In this document: one piece after another, positions 49,555-63,132 of the stretch
Layout of the letters: the number at the start of each line of letters is the position of its first letter
Position numbering within the stretch: the first letter of the stretch is position 1
Origin: Eledone cirrhosa
Lineage: Eukaryota
Direction of reading: 5' to 3'
Length of the DNA stretch: 64,000 bases
Assembly: GCA_964016885.1 (NCBI GenBank)
Contig: OZ024740.1
Coordinates: forward strand, 244,404,001-244,468,000
Made by a program: the position numbers and the translations under genes
The notes under the pieces: model-generated
Told to the model about the DNA's origin: nothing
The model's input: only the letters and a program-made list of their open reading frames with translations
Database searches by the model: none

Positions 49555-52500
49555 AACTACCCCATACCCCTCCCACCGGCCCCCACTCGCCACCATTATT
49601 ACTGGACCAATCATAAGTCAGCGGCCTATGCTATCACTTCTTCTGGTTGCCTTTCGATATGATGGATGGACTATGGAATTCTGGAGAGTCTGAAAAATCT
49701 GGACACTCAGTGACAATGCCAAATATAAAGACAAATTCACCTCATGCTGCCGGACGAAAATGCAAGGACTCCTCTTTATTTTGGCCGTGGATGGCCAACA
49801 TAACCCCATCTTCCTCACCCCTCCCTGCGCCCCACTGTTCCCACCCACCAAACGCAATCCAAAACTTCAGAGTTGGTACCATGAATGTAGGCACCTTAAC
49901 CCTTTAGTGTTCAAACCGGCCAGAATTCTCTCCCTCTTTCTGTTGAAACTGGCTGTAACTGATCGATCAAACTGATGTTAAGGTATTGTTTTCAAAATAA
50001 ATACTTTCAAAATCTCATAGATTCGATATTATGTTAGATAATTATGTGAAGTAAACCTCCTTACGTTCAAGCATTTCTACAACCTCGTTAGAACGATCTT
50101 TTAACCCTTTAGCATTCACATTATTTTATATATACTATTATATTTTAATAAAATATAATAGTATATATAAAATAATGTGAATGCTAACGAGGTTGTAGAA
50201 ATGCTTGAACGTAAGGAGGTTGATGTTTGCTGTATCTAAGAGACCAGGTGGAGGGGTGGGTCTGCTAGATTTATTGTGGGTAAAAAATGATGCTATAAGC
50301 TTTTCTGGGTGGAAAAATGACAATGGGCTGGGTGGAGCAGGAATCATGCTAGCTGAAAAATGGGCAGATAAGATAATAGAGTGAATGACAGAATAATTAA
50401 AATAAGTCTTGTCCTCAATAGAACTACTGTGACAGTAATATCTGCGTACGCACCCCAATCCGGACTGCCTGGCATTATAAAAGACAGATTCTATGAGTCA
50501 TTAATGCTCACTACCTCCCAAATAACCGACAGTGACTACATAATTATTGCTGGCGACCTAAATGGTCACATTGGACAACATTGTGACGGCTATGACGGAA
50601 TTCATGGAGGCTATGGGTTTGGTACTAGAAATGAGGAAGGCTCCAGAATCCTGGAATTCTGTGATGCAAATAACCTAACTATATGTAACACTAACTCCAA
50701 AAAATGAGACAATCACTTGATCACCTATAGATCAGGGGAACACGCCAGTCAGATAGATTATATCCTTACCAGAAGACGTGATAGAGTGTCTGTTGTAAAC
50801 ACTAAATCCCTCCCCCATGAAGAATGCACCTCCCAACATAGACTCATAGTTAGCGACCTCATAGTCAGGACAAGACGTACTCGACAACAGAGGAGGACTA
50901 TCCTCAAGAGAAAAATATGGAAGCTAAAGGACCCCACAGCCAGTAATAAATTTAAAAGCATATTACTTGATGCTTTTGACAGTAAGGAAGAGCAATTAGA
51001 GATGTACAATATAGAGGAACAGTGTGAATTCCTGAAAGCTAACCCGCTGAAGGCGGCAGATGAAGTCTGTGGCTGGAGCAGACCTATAGGCAGGAGGAGA
51101 GTAACGTGGTGGTGGAACAGTAAGGTGGAGGAGTTAATCAAGGCCAAAAAGCAGGCTTGGAAAGTATGGCGGGATGGGGGAAGTAGAGAAGACTATCAAG
51201 TGGCCAGGAGGGAAGCTAGGGGACAAGTATACTTCACAAGATGGGAAGCAGAGGAAAGAAAGTTCAAGCATGTTCTACAACGCGAGGACCAAAAACGTGA
51301 GGTGTTCAGGATTGCTAGGCAATGTGTCAAAGAAAACCGTGATATTGTTGGGGAGAAGTGTGTCCTTAATGATGATGGTGTACTTGCCATCACTGACACT
51401 GATAAGAAGGTAGCTTGGAAGTGTCACTACGAAATGAGGAGAATAAATGGGAGAAAGACAGTCTCCCCCACATCGATCCAATAGAGGAACCAGCAGTGCA
51501 AGTTGAAGGTAGTGTAATAAGTAAGGCAATCAAAGATATGAAGACGGGTAAGGCGGCTGGGCCTTCGGAAATAGTTGCTGAAATGCTGAAAGCATCTGGA
51601 ATGGTGGGACACACTATGGTCACTCGGATAGTAAACCAAGTCATACAGATTGGGGTCGTACCGAAGGACTGGCATAGCAGCATCATCATTAACTGCTACA
51701 AGGATAAAGGAGATGCCCTAGACAGGGGAAACTATAGAGGCATTAAATTAATCGACCAGGTCATGAAGGTCACAGAAAAAGTAATAGCGCAACTAATCAG
51801 AGAGCGAATTGATCTGGATGAAATGCAGTTCGGGTTTGTGTCAGGTAAAAGTACCACAGACCCTCTTTTCATTGTACAACTACAGGAGAAGTACCTAGCT
51901 AAAAGTCAACCGCTATACTTAGCTTTTGTTGACTTGGAGAAAGCCTTTGACAGAGTCCCACGCCCCATTATCTGGTGGGCTCTCAGAAAACTAGGTGTTG
52001 ATGAATGGCTTGTGAGAGCTATACAAGCCATATATAAAGAAACAGTCAGCAAGGTTAGAATTAACAACGAATATAGTGAAGAGTTTAGCGTAAAAGTTGG
52101 TGTTCATCAGGGCTCCGTCCTTAGCCCCCTCCTATTTATTATTGCCCTTCAGGCTATAACAGAGGAGTTCAAGACCGGCTGCCCATGGGAACGCCTATAT
52201 GCTGATGATCTAACGCTTATATCTGAATCAATGGCTGAACTAGAGAAGAAATTCCAAATATGGAAGAATGGCCTAGAATCAAAAGGCCTTAAAATTAACC
52301 TGTCTAAGACTAAAGTTCTAGTATGTAGGAAGCAGAATAGGGCACTGGTCCCATCTGGGAAATAGCCATGCTCAGTGTGTAGGAAAGGAGTAGGCAGAAA
52401 CTCCATTTTATGTCCCAAATGCAAAGTATGGGTGCATAAAAGATGTAGTGGGATCACAGGTAAGCTAACTAAGAATATAGATTTTATATGTGGCCGGTGC

Positions 52501-53205
52501 TCAGGTGCAATAAGTAGCAGCAAGTGCCCACAGAATACTAGCCCATTCCATTGCACAGATGGTTCTATAGAAATAGTGGACACCTTCCGTTACCTGGGTG
52601 ACAAAATCAGCAGTGGTGGAGGGTGCTCTGAAAGTACAATAGCCAGAGTCAGAACGGGATGGAAAAAGTTCAGAGAGCTCATACCACTATTGGCCGCTAA
52701 AGGTTTCTCTATAAAAATGAAAGGCAGGCTGTATGATGCCTGCATACGAACAGCAATGTTACATGGCAGTGAGACTTGGGTGTTGTGTGCAGAGGATATA
52801 CACAGACTGGAGAGGAACGAAGCTTGCATGCTCCGTTGGATGTGTAATAGTAATATACGTGAACGGCAAAGCATAAATGAACTAAGGGAGAAATTAGGAA
52901 TAAGAGGGATCAGATGTTGTTTACTCGAAAGAAGACTGCATTGGTATGGTCACGTGATGCGCATGAAAGACGACAGTTGTATAAAAAAGTGCAGGGCGAT
53001 AAAAATAGACGGTAGCCATGGAGTAGGCAGACCCAGAAAAACACTGTAAACATGGTTGCTGTTAGGAAGGGCATCCAGCCGTAGAAAACCCGCCAGACAG
53101 TCCTATATGAGCAAGACAACCAATCTTGCCTCAAGTGGGAAAATTCCCGTCCAAACCCATGCTAGCGTGGAAGATGGACGTTAAACGTTGATGATGATGA
53201 TGATG
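49555..53205 (+). mobile_element. Near full-length RTE LINE (family B), relatively young
   Basis: RVGTMNVGTL, APE ORFs 50381..50707 and 50717.., RT ORF 51415..52365 (YADDL), PHD-like finger ORF 52375..53049, tail; only a few stops and frameshifts. Confidence 0.95.
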
Positions 53206-53215
53206 ATATATATAT

Positions 53216-53555
53216 GGAGGCACATGGCTTAGTGGTTAGAGCATTGGCTTTGCAATCGAAAGGTTGTGAGTTCAATTCTCAGACCGGGTGATGTGTTGTT
53301 TCCTTGAGCAAGATACTTTATTTCACATTGCTCCAGTTTACTCAGCTGTAGAAATGAGATGATAGGGACTGGAGTCCATATCATTCCACTGCAAAGTGGT
53401 CGTGGAGGTGCCACGGCGAAAAAGCACCCAGCACTCACTGTAAATGAGGTTGGTGTTAGGAAGGGCATCCAGCTGTAGAAATCAAGCCAGAATCAGTTCC
53501 CGTCCCACCCTTGCAAGCAGGGAAAAGCGGACGTAAAATGATGATGATGATGATA
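53216..53555 (+). mobile_element. SINE family 2, full length
   Basis: ggaggcacatggcttagtggttagagc head, B-box, CORE-like centre, RTE tail. Confidence 0.92.
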
Positions 53556-53781
53556 TATATATATATATATACATATACACACACATATATATATATATTC
53601 ACTGTAAATAAGGTTGGCATTAGGAATGGCATCCAGCTGTAGAAACCAAGCCAAAATTAGTTCTGTATAAGCAAAGCATGGTCACCCAAGCTAGCATGGA
53701 AGAATGGAAGAATGGAAGAATGGAAGAATGGATGCAAAACGGTGATGATGATATATATACACACACACACACATATATATT

Positions 53782-53815
<34 letters not shown>

Positions 53816-54159
53816 TATATATATATATTTAAATACATATTTATTTATATAAATTTGCATATATATATATGTGTGCGTGTGTGTTTCCATACGTACATAT
53901 ATATATATATATATATATAAATATATATGCATTCATAAACACACACCAGTACATATATACACATATTATTTTCAGTAATTTTCTCATTCCACTTAGGTAA
54001 TCATATCCAAAAAATATTCATCTATCACAAACAAATTAATATACAATATTTTTTCATTTTATTTTTTTTTTTCATGGAATAAATTTACTTTGTAAATGTC
54101 TGAAGAAAATATTTTCTTGATATAATATTGACGTGGATTTGATGCTTTACTATATTGAG

Positions 54160-55245
54160 GTTTCTAATTTAGGCACAAGGACAGCAATTTTGAGGAAAGG
54201 TAAAAATCAATTATATCGACCTCAGTACTTAACTGGTACTATACAGGGTAAGGACGATATTTGTTCGCAATTTTCAACTGCTAATTTTATGCAAATTTTT
54301 TTTACTCCATTGTCACTCCTGTCTTCATAAAAACAGTGACTATATTTCCATTATTTATTTTCAGAATAATTGATTATGAATAATTTTGAACCTCCAAATT
54401 TGTGGAAGAGACACAGAGTTCTTCTTGGAATCCGAGCCGGGAGGACAAATAAGACCAGAAGATCAACTCCCAGAACAACAGGTGACTCGCTATCTCATCC
54501 AAAGACGTGCCCAGAGTCATGCAGACAAAGTTTCCAGCGACAACATTGGTCTTAGGTGTCGTCAGCAGTCAAGGTGACGTCATGCCACCTCACTTCTTCC
54601 CTGTGGGCCTCAAGCTGAACACCGATGGCTACATCCGCGTTCTGCGCGAGGTAGTAAAGCCCTGGATTGACCAGGTAGCTGCAGGTAGGCTGTACGTGTG
54701 GCAGCAAGACTCAGTGCCCTGCTATACCAGCCGAAAGACCCAAGCCTGGCTGTCAGAGAACTTCGTCGACCACACATTACCTGACATCTGGCCTCCCAGC
54801 TAGCCTGACTGTAACCCCCTCGACTTCTTTGTGAGGGGAGCAGTGGAACGAGACACCAACAGATCTAGCTGCAATACGAAAGACGATCTGAAGGCCAGGA
54901 TCACAAGTGCCTTTAGGGGCCTAAGTTGGGGGACAGTGACGAAGGCCTGTAGCCGGTTCCGAGGCCGTCATCAAAGCCAATGGCACGTTTATCGAGTGAG
55001 ATCGAAAGAACAAGTCATGAAGACAAACTGACCCAAGTTTGATAAATATATCTTAAAAAATAAAACTACTGTGTTATTTTTTCCTGGACAGTAATCTTGC
55101 GAACAGATATCGTCCGCACCCTGTATTTTATCAACCCCAGAAGGAGGGAAGGCAAAGTTAACTTCACTGAGATTTGAACTCATAATATGAAGCATTATAA
55201 CAACTAAAGAGTCATTTTTTTCTGGTGCTGCCAATCCACTGCCAT
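54160..55245 (-). mobile_element. SINE family 1-related copy split by the maT element; another copy at ~55270-55430
   Basis: ggcacaagg...ctggtact|TA|ttttatcaacccc...gatttgaactc. Confidence 0.7.
54244..55123 (+). mobile_element. Tc1/mariner DD37D (maT) transposon, internally deleted
   Basis: TIRs cagggtaaggacgatatttgttcgcaa / ttgcgaacagatatcgtccgcaccctg; TA TSD; QQD-x37-D spacing (WPPS*PDCNPLD). Confidence 0.88.
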
Positions 55246-57049
55246 TGCTAAATTATAATCTATAATAATGGTTTTTAATCTAGGCACAAGGCCTGCAATT
55301 TGTGGAGGGGTAGAAATCGATTATATCAACCCCAGTATTTGACTGTATTTTATTTTCTCAACCCCAGAAGGATAAAAAGTAAAGCTGACCTCAGCAGGAT
55401 TTGCACTCAGAACATGAAGCATTATAAGTAAACACATTGTTCCAATAGCTAGATCCCTTTCCTAACACCAACCACTTTACAGAGTATATTAGATGTATTT
55501 TATCATGACAACAGCTCTAGAAAGTTTTCATATCCTTGATAAAACTAATGTTTGTTCAATTGACAACCACTTTATGAGTGTACTAAATGTATTTTATTGT
55601 GGCACCAGCACAAGAGAGATTGTCATTCATTTATTTATAGCTGAGGTTTCTCTCTAATATTCCTCTATTTCATGTTTCTGTTATTTAACAGTAAGAATAG
55701 CTATTGATGGAAGATTCAACTTTGAATAACTCAACACTTAACACCTTGTAATGATTTAGAAGAAAATATCTAAAAATCTACCTATTAACTCAAATGTTTG
55801 TATCATTTTGATACAAACAGATTGTTGTAAAAAAATTGCAGTAAACCAAAGTAAAGACTTCAAATTTTAATGTGATTCAGTTGTAGTGTTATTTTATACT
55901 TTTTCAAGAATATCTTGTTCATGTGGTTTCATGTGGTACAGAACGTTAATAAATTCTAAGAAATGTAAATTCAAGCATATGTATATACACATCCAATAGT
56001 TAGAATGAGAGATAAGATATAAACATACTAAGAAACAATATATGTAGATGTCAGATGCTATAATTTATATTGATAGCAATGCTATTATACAAGACTCTGA
56101 ATAAAAATTTGAAATATATCTATAAATCATTATAATTACTGATTAAATAGTCAAAGTAAATGGAATAAAATGTAATTAATAATCATAAAATGAATTTATG
56201 TTAATGATCAGGAAATATAATGTGATAATATATGATAACAGAGATTTATCTAAAACCATATAATAAATTATATTACAATTCTGATTTATTTAATTATCAA
56301 TGTGATATTACATACACATCTAGCTAACAATATATGTGTATGTGTGCATATATATATATATATATAAATATGCACATATGTGTGAGTGTGAGAGTGGGTG
56401 TGTGTGTATTCATGTAGATAAAGTTCATAGTGGAATAAACTAAAGTGAATATTTAATGAATAAATATTCCCATTAGATGTTAAGCTGATATCAATGATAA
56501 AGCGTTTCTAGCTATATATACCAACCCTGCCCTATGCATATTATAAAGGCCAAATCATATCAGTGAATTTAGCCCCAGGTCAGCAGTGATACAGGAGAAC
56601 TTTGATCAAAGATGTTTTAGTCATGACCATCCCATAGATACAGCACTATTTCAGAGCACCAATACTAATTTCTAATTTTTGCTTGGCCAGCAACCGCTCT
56701 GTATGATAATGAGTTTAAATAGCTTGTAAACAAAATTGGAATTCTTTAAGAATCCAGTTTCTATAACTCTCGGCAGAAGCAAAGGGGTATGTAGTCTTGA
56801 CAACCACTTACAAGTGAGAAACGGTACTACCGTCGATTATTCCACTTTGTTTTTGCTGAGACCAAGTATGTGATGTAGTCACTACTTTAAAATTCATAGC
56901 GAATGGTCTTCAAAATGCTTTTAAATAAACATACAGTATATCATCAAATATACTATACGTACATTCATATATACATAGCTATTTCAGAGCACCAATATTA
57001 ATATATATATATATATAAATAGAACCTCTAGCCAAAGACATAATAACAA

Positions 57050-60000
57050 CTATCAAGGTACAAATGTCAGGACTGCCACCCTCAATGTTGGTACCCTGAA
57101 AGGCAAATCAGATGAAATTGTGGAACTGTTAGAGAGAAGAGTAGTAGATGTATACTGTGTACAAGAAGTGAGAGGGAGAGTGCCTCAGCATGACTAATTA
57201 CAGGCAAGCAACTTAGATATAAACTTTACTGGCTAGGAAATGACAATGGGGTAAGAGGTGTCGGCATCTTACGAGATGAAATTGATAGATAAGGTAATAG
57301 AGGTAATTAGAATAAGTGACAGAATCATCAAGCTTAGATTAATTGTAGGAAATAGACTGGTGACAATTACATCTACCTATGCTCCACAAGCATGACTAGA
57401 TAAAGAACAGGTTCTATGAGGAACCTTTACAGACAACTTCAGGTATTAATGAAAGAGACTTCATCATCCTGGCAGGTGATTTTAATGGACATGTGGGACA
57501 GTACCAGGATGGATTCAGCAGAGTTCATGGTAGCTATGGTTATGGTTCAAGGAATGAAGAGGAGCTAAGACTCCTGGAATTCTGTGATGCAAATGAACTA
57601 ACTATCTGCAACACAAATTTCAGAAACCACCTGATTTCATACCAATCAGGTGAACACACAATCCAAATTGGTTACTTACATGTTAAACAACATGTCAAAC
57701 GGACTGTAATAAAAACTAAGTTCTTCCCTGGCGAAGAATGCACTTCCCAGCACAAGTTATTTATTAGTGACATCAAAATAAACAAAAGACAGAACAAGAC
57801 ACGCAGGAAAATAAGACAACGAAAGGTGTGGAATCTAAAGGACCTCTCTGTTAAATATAGGTTTAGAAAGGCCTTGATGAGAGGGATGACGAGCTAGATA
57901 CATTTAACATAGAGAACAATTGGAAATTATTGAATGACAATCTTTTCTGAACTACTGGCGAGACTTATGGCTGGAGTAAAGCACCAGCCAGACAGAGGGT
58001 GACCTGGTGGTGGAACAGCACAGTAGAGGCAGCCATTAAAGCCAAGAGACAGGCAAGGAAAGACTGTAAAAATGAGGGTAGCAGAGACAAGTACCAAGTA
58101 GCTAAGAAAGAAGCTAGGTGACAGATATACACAGCTCGGAGAGAGGCTGAAGAGAGTAAATTTGCCAATATCTTGAGACATGAGGATCAGAGATGTGAAG
58201 TGTTCCATATTGCAAAGCAGTGTGTTAGTGTACATCGAGATGTTGTTGGGGGAAAATGTGTTAGAAATTACGCTGGTGCACTTAGCACTACTGATGCCCA
58301 AAAGAAAGAGGCCTGGAAATGTTACTATGAGAGATTGATGAATGTAGAGACTGGATGGGAAACTATCTCCAACTTACCCAAAGGAAACACCAGCTATTAT
58401 AGTTGATAGTTTTAGGATGAAAGGCTCAATCAAGGAGATGAAGAATGGTAAAGTTGTGGACCATCAGAAATAGTTGCTGAGAGGCTAAAAGCATCAGGAG
58501 AGGTAGGAGTTAAACTAGTAACCTGTATAGTAAATCAAGTAATACAGATGGAGTCATACCTAATGACTGGTGCAGCAGTACAATCATAAATTGCTACACG
58601 GGCAAAGGTGATGCCCTAGAAAGGAGCAACTATAGAGGAATAAAACTAATGGACCAAGTTATGAAAGTGACAAAAAGGGTTAAAGCACAGCTAATTGGGG
58701 AAAGAGCCAAAATAATTAAGTTGCAGTTTGGTTTCATGCCTGGGAAAAGTACTATAGATGCCCTCTTCTTAGTGAAGCAACTACAAGAAAAGTTCCTAGC
58801 CCAAAATAAACCACTATATTTAGCTTTTGTTGATCTCGAGAAGGCCTTTGAAAGAGTACCTTGATCTATTATCTGGTGGTTCTTAAGGAAATTAGGTGTA
58901 GAAAAATGGCTTGTGATAGTAGTGCAAACTATGTACAGAGGAGCTGTCAGTAAAGTGAGAGTAGGAAATGAGTTTAGTGAGGAATTCAAGGTACAGGTAG
59001 GAGTTTGTCAAGGTTCAGTTCTTAGCCTACTGCTATTCCTCATAGTTCTTCAGGCCATAACAGAGGAGTTTAAAACAGGCTGACCATGGAAACTTCTCTA
59101 TGCAGATGATTTGGTCCTCATGGCTGAAACCAAAAAAGAACTAGAGAATAAATTCCAATTATGGAAACTAAATTTGGAATCAAGAGTAAACTTAGCCAAA
59201 ATTAAAGTGCTAGTTAGTAGGAGAGAATATAGGACCCAGATTCCTTCAGTGAAGCGGCCATGCTCAATATGCAGAAAAAGAGTAAGCATAAACCCCATAT
59301 AATGTACACATGTAAATCTTGGGTACACAAAAGATGTAGTGGGATAATGAGTAGACTAACATGAAGGGAGAATTTTGCTTGTAGAAGTTGCACAGAAGAA
59401 ATCAAGAGGAAGACTGCTAAAGATATAAACCTTTTCCAGTTTCAGGAAGGACCCAAAGACATGGTTGATAGCTTCTGCTATCTAGGTGACCTAATAAGCA
59501 GTGAAGGAGGGTGTGTCGAGAGTATAATAGCTAGAATAAAGATAGGATGGTAGAAGTTTAGAGAACTACTCCCACTGCTGACAACAAAAGGTTTCTCCCA
59601 ACGTAAAAGGAAAGCTGTATAACGCCTGTGTGCAATGCGCAATGCTGCATGGTAGTGAAACATGGGCAGTGATTGCAGAGAACATGCATAGACTGGAGAA
59701 AAATGAAGCAACTATGTTTCGTTGGATGTACAATGTAAATGTGAGAGAAGGCTAGAGCTTGGACAAGTTGAGGGAGAAGCTAGATTTAAGGGTAATTCAA
59801 GATAGTGTGTAGCAGAGATGACTGTGTTGGTATGGAGATGTGATGCACATGGACAATGACCAATGGGTGAAGAAATGCCAAAAAATCCCAATGGAAGGAA
59901 GCCGCAGTAGAGGATGACCAAGAAAGACCTGGGCAGAGGTTGTGAGAGCTGACCTCAAATTGCTAAGACTGACAGAGGAGATGACGAAGGAATGCGACAA

Positions 60001-60085
60001 GTGAAGAGATGCCGTGCTGAGGACTCATCCAACCCAAGCAAGCATGGAAAGGTGGACATAAAAACAATTATAATGATGATGATAG
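57050..60085 (+). mobile_element. Near full-length, heavily decayed RTE LINE
   Basis: ATLNVGTL, GDFNGHVG, LQFGFMPG, FVDLEKAF, YADDL, LHGSETW, tail. Confidence 0.92.
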
Positions 60086-60489
60086 GCAAAAGTATTGATG
60101 GGAAATGAATCCTCTTTCATGAAAGAACCGTATTTATTCTCTTACAATTGTTTCAGATGAGATATGAATCTGAAATATTCAAATGTTGTTGCAGAATTCG
60201 TTTTTCCTCATCCATCCATAAAAACAGAAGTGTTAATACAATCACAGCTCATAATCCTCTGTGAGAAAAAGATAGTCAACAGTGAAGTTTTATCCCTGAA
60301 AACTTTTGATTACCTTTAGCATGGGATATGTTAATTACATCCTCATCTTAAATACCAAGACTATACGGACCAAATAAGATTTTTATTGGGTTTTGTTTTT
60401 TGCACGAATATTAGATGACATTTTCACTTAAGAAGCATACAACTGAAAAACCATCTGAGGGAAATATTTTATGGAAAGTTATCCCCAGA

Positions 60490-61220
60490 AATTGTTTCCC
60501 AAGATTAAACAAACTAGTTTTGGACAAAATTATATTCGACTCCCTAAATAACAATTAATTAACGGGGACACTAACAGATATATCCAGAAGTGGACATAGT
60601 CATGTTTGTATTAATATTCCCCTAGAAAACTTTCACACTCTCATTTGCTCAAGTATATTTGTAGACTAATATAGCCATAATGTGTGGAAAATATATATAT
60701 ATATGCTGAGATATAAAACACTAGTATTCCTGAACCTACAAACCATAACACATTCATTTATCTATAACCAGGGTCACAAATATACATTTCGTGTTAAATT
60801 CCTATAAGTGTATTTTTTTAAGTGTGTATATCCAAGGATTAAACTAACTAGTTCTAGATAAAATCATATTTGACTCCATAAATCACAATTAATTAATGAA
60901 GACACTATTTGATATAACCAGAAGTGTACGTAATCATGTTTGTATATTAATATTCTGTAGAATTTTCACACTCCCATTCGCTAAAGTATATTCACAGGCT
61001 CATATATGCATATTGTATGGAAAAAGAATATATATATGCTGAGGTATAAATACACTATTGTTCTTGAACCTAGAAATTATATAGATATATATGCTGAGAT
61101 ATAAATACACTATTGTTCCTGAACCTACAAATTATAACATTCATTTACCTATGATTAGGAGCACACATATACATTTCTTGTTAAATTCCTCTACGTGTAT
61201 ATTTCTGAGTATGAATATCC
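60490..61220. repeat. Degenerate tandem repeat, unit ~335 bp
   Basis: gattaaac..actagtt...caattaattaa...ccagaagtg at ~60503 and ~60837. Confidence 0.75.
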
Positions 61221-61249
61221 ATATAAGTATATATAAATATGTATAGAAG

Positions 61250-61476
61250 TACCCAGCCCACACTGTAAAGTGGTCATGTAAAAGATACGGTAAAAAGCAA
61301 CCAGCACACACTGTAAATGTGGTTGGCGCTAAGAAGAGCATCCAGCCATAGAAAACCAGCCAGAAACAGTCGTATATGAGCAAGACACAGTCACCCGACC
61401 CAACTTGACTCTAAATGGGACAAACCCGTCTAACCCATGCTAGTGTGGAAGATAGATGTTAAACGATGATGATGAT
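61250..61476 (+). mobile_element. RTE 3' UTR fragment (other short tails at ~46770-46928, ~48778-48890, ~53620-53750)
   Basis: 3' UTR repeats and (GAT)n tail. Confidence 0.8.
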
Positions 61477-61699
61477 AAGTATATACAATGCATATGTAAA
61501 CACCTATATAAGTATACATGTATATATCTGAGTGTGTATATATCTATACACACATATACACACACACACATATAAATATATGTGTGTGTACATATCTCTA
61601 TCTATCTATCTAAGGTGGGTAAAATTCCCGAGATCCATGGACGAGTTCTCTCCAGTGTAATTAGGGGCTCTAACCCTAGTGCTGTTAGATCGACTCTCC

Positions 61700-62280
61700 A
61701 TATTTCTTTTCAATGGCTGACAATAATAATCTCCATATTTAAAGTATACAGTCAATGTTAAGAAACAGAAAATGAAGGAGTAAGAAAAGAGGGATATAAG
61801 GGTGATGCTTGAGGGATATAAGGACCTCTAAGTAGAATCATATATTCTATTGAAGAAAGAATAAGAGAAGCAATGTGGACAATTTATTACTAATTCGTTT
61901 CTAGTATTCATGGAGTTAGGGTCCGACATTGTGATATAGTACGCCTCCGACAAACATAAATGACAAGTGGGATTATATCTGGTCCTTAATTGATTAACTG
62001 TGGCCCCAACATATGAACTACTTTAGTGCTGGGTTTTTATCATATATTTATATACTGCATTGCTAGTTAGGCATAAACTACCAAGAGGATAATTATTAGG
62101 ATTCCTACAGTTACAATTCATATTAGATAAAGAGCAGTCTCAACTGGAAAGTTTAATGTGTTAACCTTAGTATCCCTAGGCATGATCAGTGTGCTAGTAT
62201 TCAAAGTACTAGATATGTTATTTGAGTTGGTATTAGGTGGATTGCGTTGTAATGGATCAAGATATCCTTAAATTTGTAAC
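61700..62280 (-). pseudogene. PLE GIY-YIG remnant with internal deletion
   Basis: PLGSLCLTSNAVYKY...SYVGATVNQLRTRYN / TCHLCLSEAYYI...MNTRNELVINCPH. Confidence 0.75.
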
Positions 62281-62289
62281 AGGCTGAGG

Positions 62290-62542
62290 GCTCCTTCAAT
62301 TTACATATCCTTCTCCTCCAGGTTTCCCCTGTCTCCGAGTTTGTCTGGCTCTAATTAGCAAGTCACTGACTACTAGGTTATGCTGAAAGGTGCAATTCTC
62401 ACTCAGGAGGGCCTTTGTGTTTATGATCATCGACCTATCTTGCTTTTTGGTAAGGATGAAATCTATTTAACTGGTGTGCTCGCCCGATCTATAGGTGATC
62501 AAGTGGTTGTCAAGTTTTTTTTAATTAGTGCTACAATATTTA

Positions 62543-62545
<3 letters not shown>
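62290..62545 (-). mobile_element. RTE APE-domain fragment
   Basis: NHLITYRSGEHTS*IDFILT...QHNLVVSDL. Confidence 0.8.
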
Positions 62546-62619
<74 letters not shown>

Positions 62620-62798
62620 TATGCTAGCTATAAAGAGCATCATGTAAAGACTGGAAGTAAGAATGTGTTGTTTATAACTAGATTGGAGAAAGGATGAACT
62701 ATAAGTATTAATAATATTTCTTCACCTGTGTTTATTCTATATAATTAATTATCTTAGTTTTATGCTCATCATCATCATTTAGTGTTTGCTTTCTTTTT

Positions 62799-62889
62799 CC
62801 CCAAGTAGTCACCCATCTCAATACTAACTGGGCTCAAAGTTACTTAACTTTCGTGATTGGACGAGATCCTGTGTTTTCAGTATGATATA
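62799..62889 (-). pseudogene. 5S rRNA-derived retrocopy
   Basis: Minus strand ctgaaaacacaggatctcgtccaatcacgaaagttaag...gagcccagttagtattgagatgggtgactacttggg follows eukaryotic 5S through boxes A and C; the 3' end is missing. Confidence 0.8.
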
Positions 62890-62984
62890 ATAATATTAAA
62901 AAAACCCAGTCTCTTTTAATTCCTTTTCCTGGCTTGATAAATTCAAATTACTTTTAATTCCTAGTTTATTTCTAGTATATTCAG

Positions 62985-63132
62985 TTTATGTATGGATAGA
63001 ACATTAGATAGAATGCTTTGCAGTATTTATTCTAGCTCTCTACACTCTCTGAGTTCAAATCCAATCGAAGTCAACTTTGTCTTTCATCCTTTCGAGATCA
63101 ATTAAAATACCAGTCCAGTACTGAGGTCAATT
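62985..63132 (+). mobile_element. Old SINE family 1-related copy
   Basis: gagttcaaatcc...gtcaactttgtctttcatcctttcg...taccagtc. Confidence 0.65.

Noticed and set aside
53216-53290. tRNA-Ala(TGC) gene
   Set aside because: It is the head of a multi-copy SINE; the stems do not form a full cloverleaf
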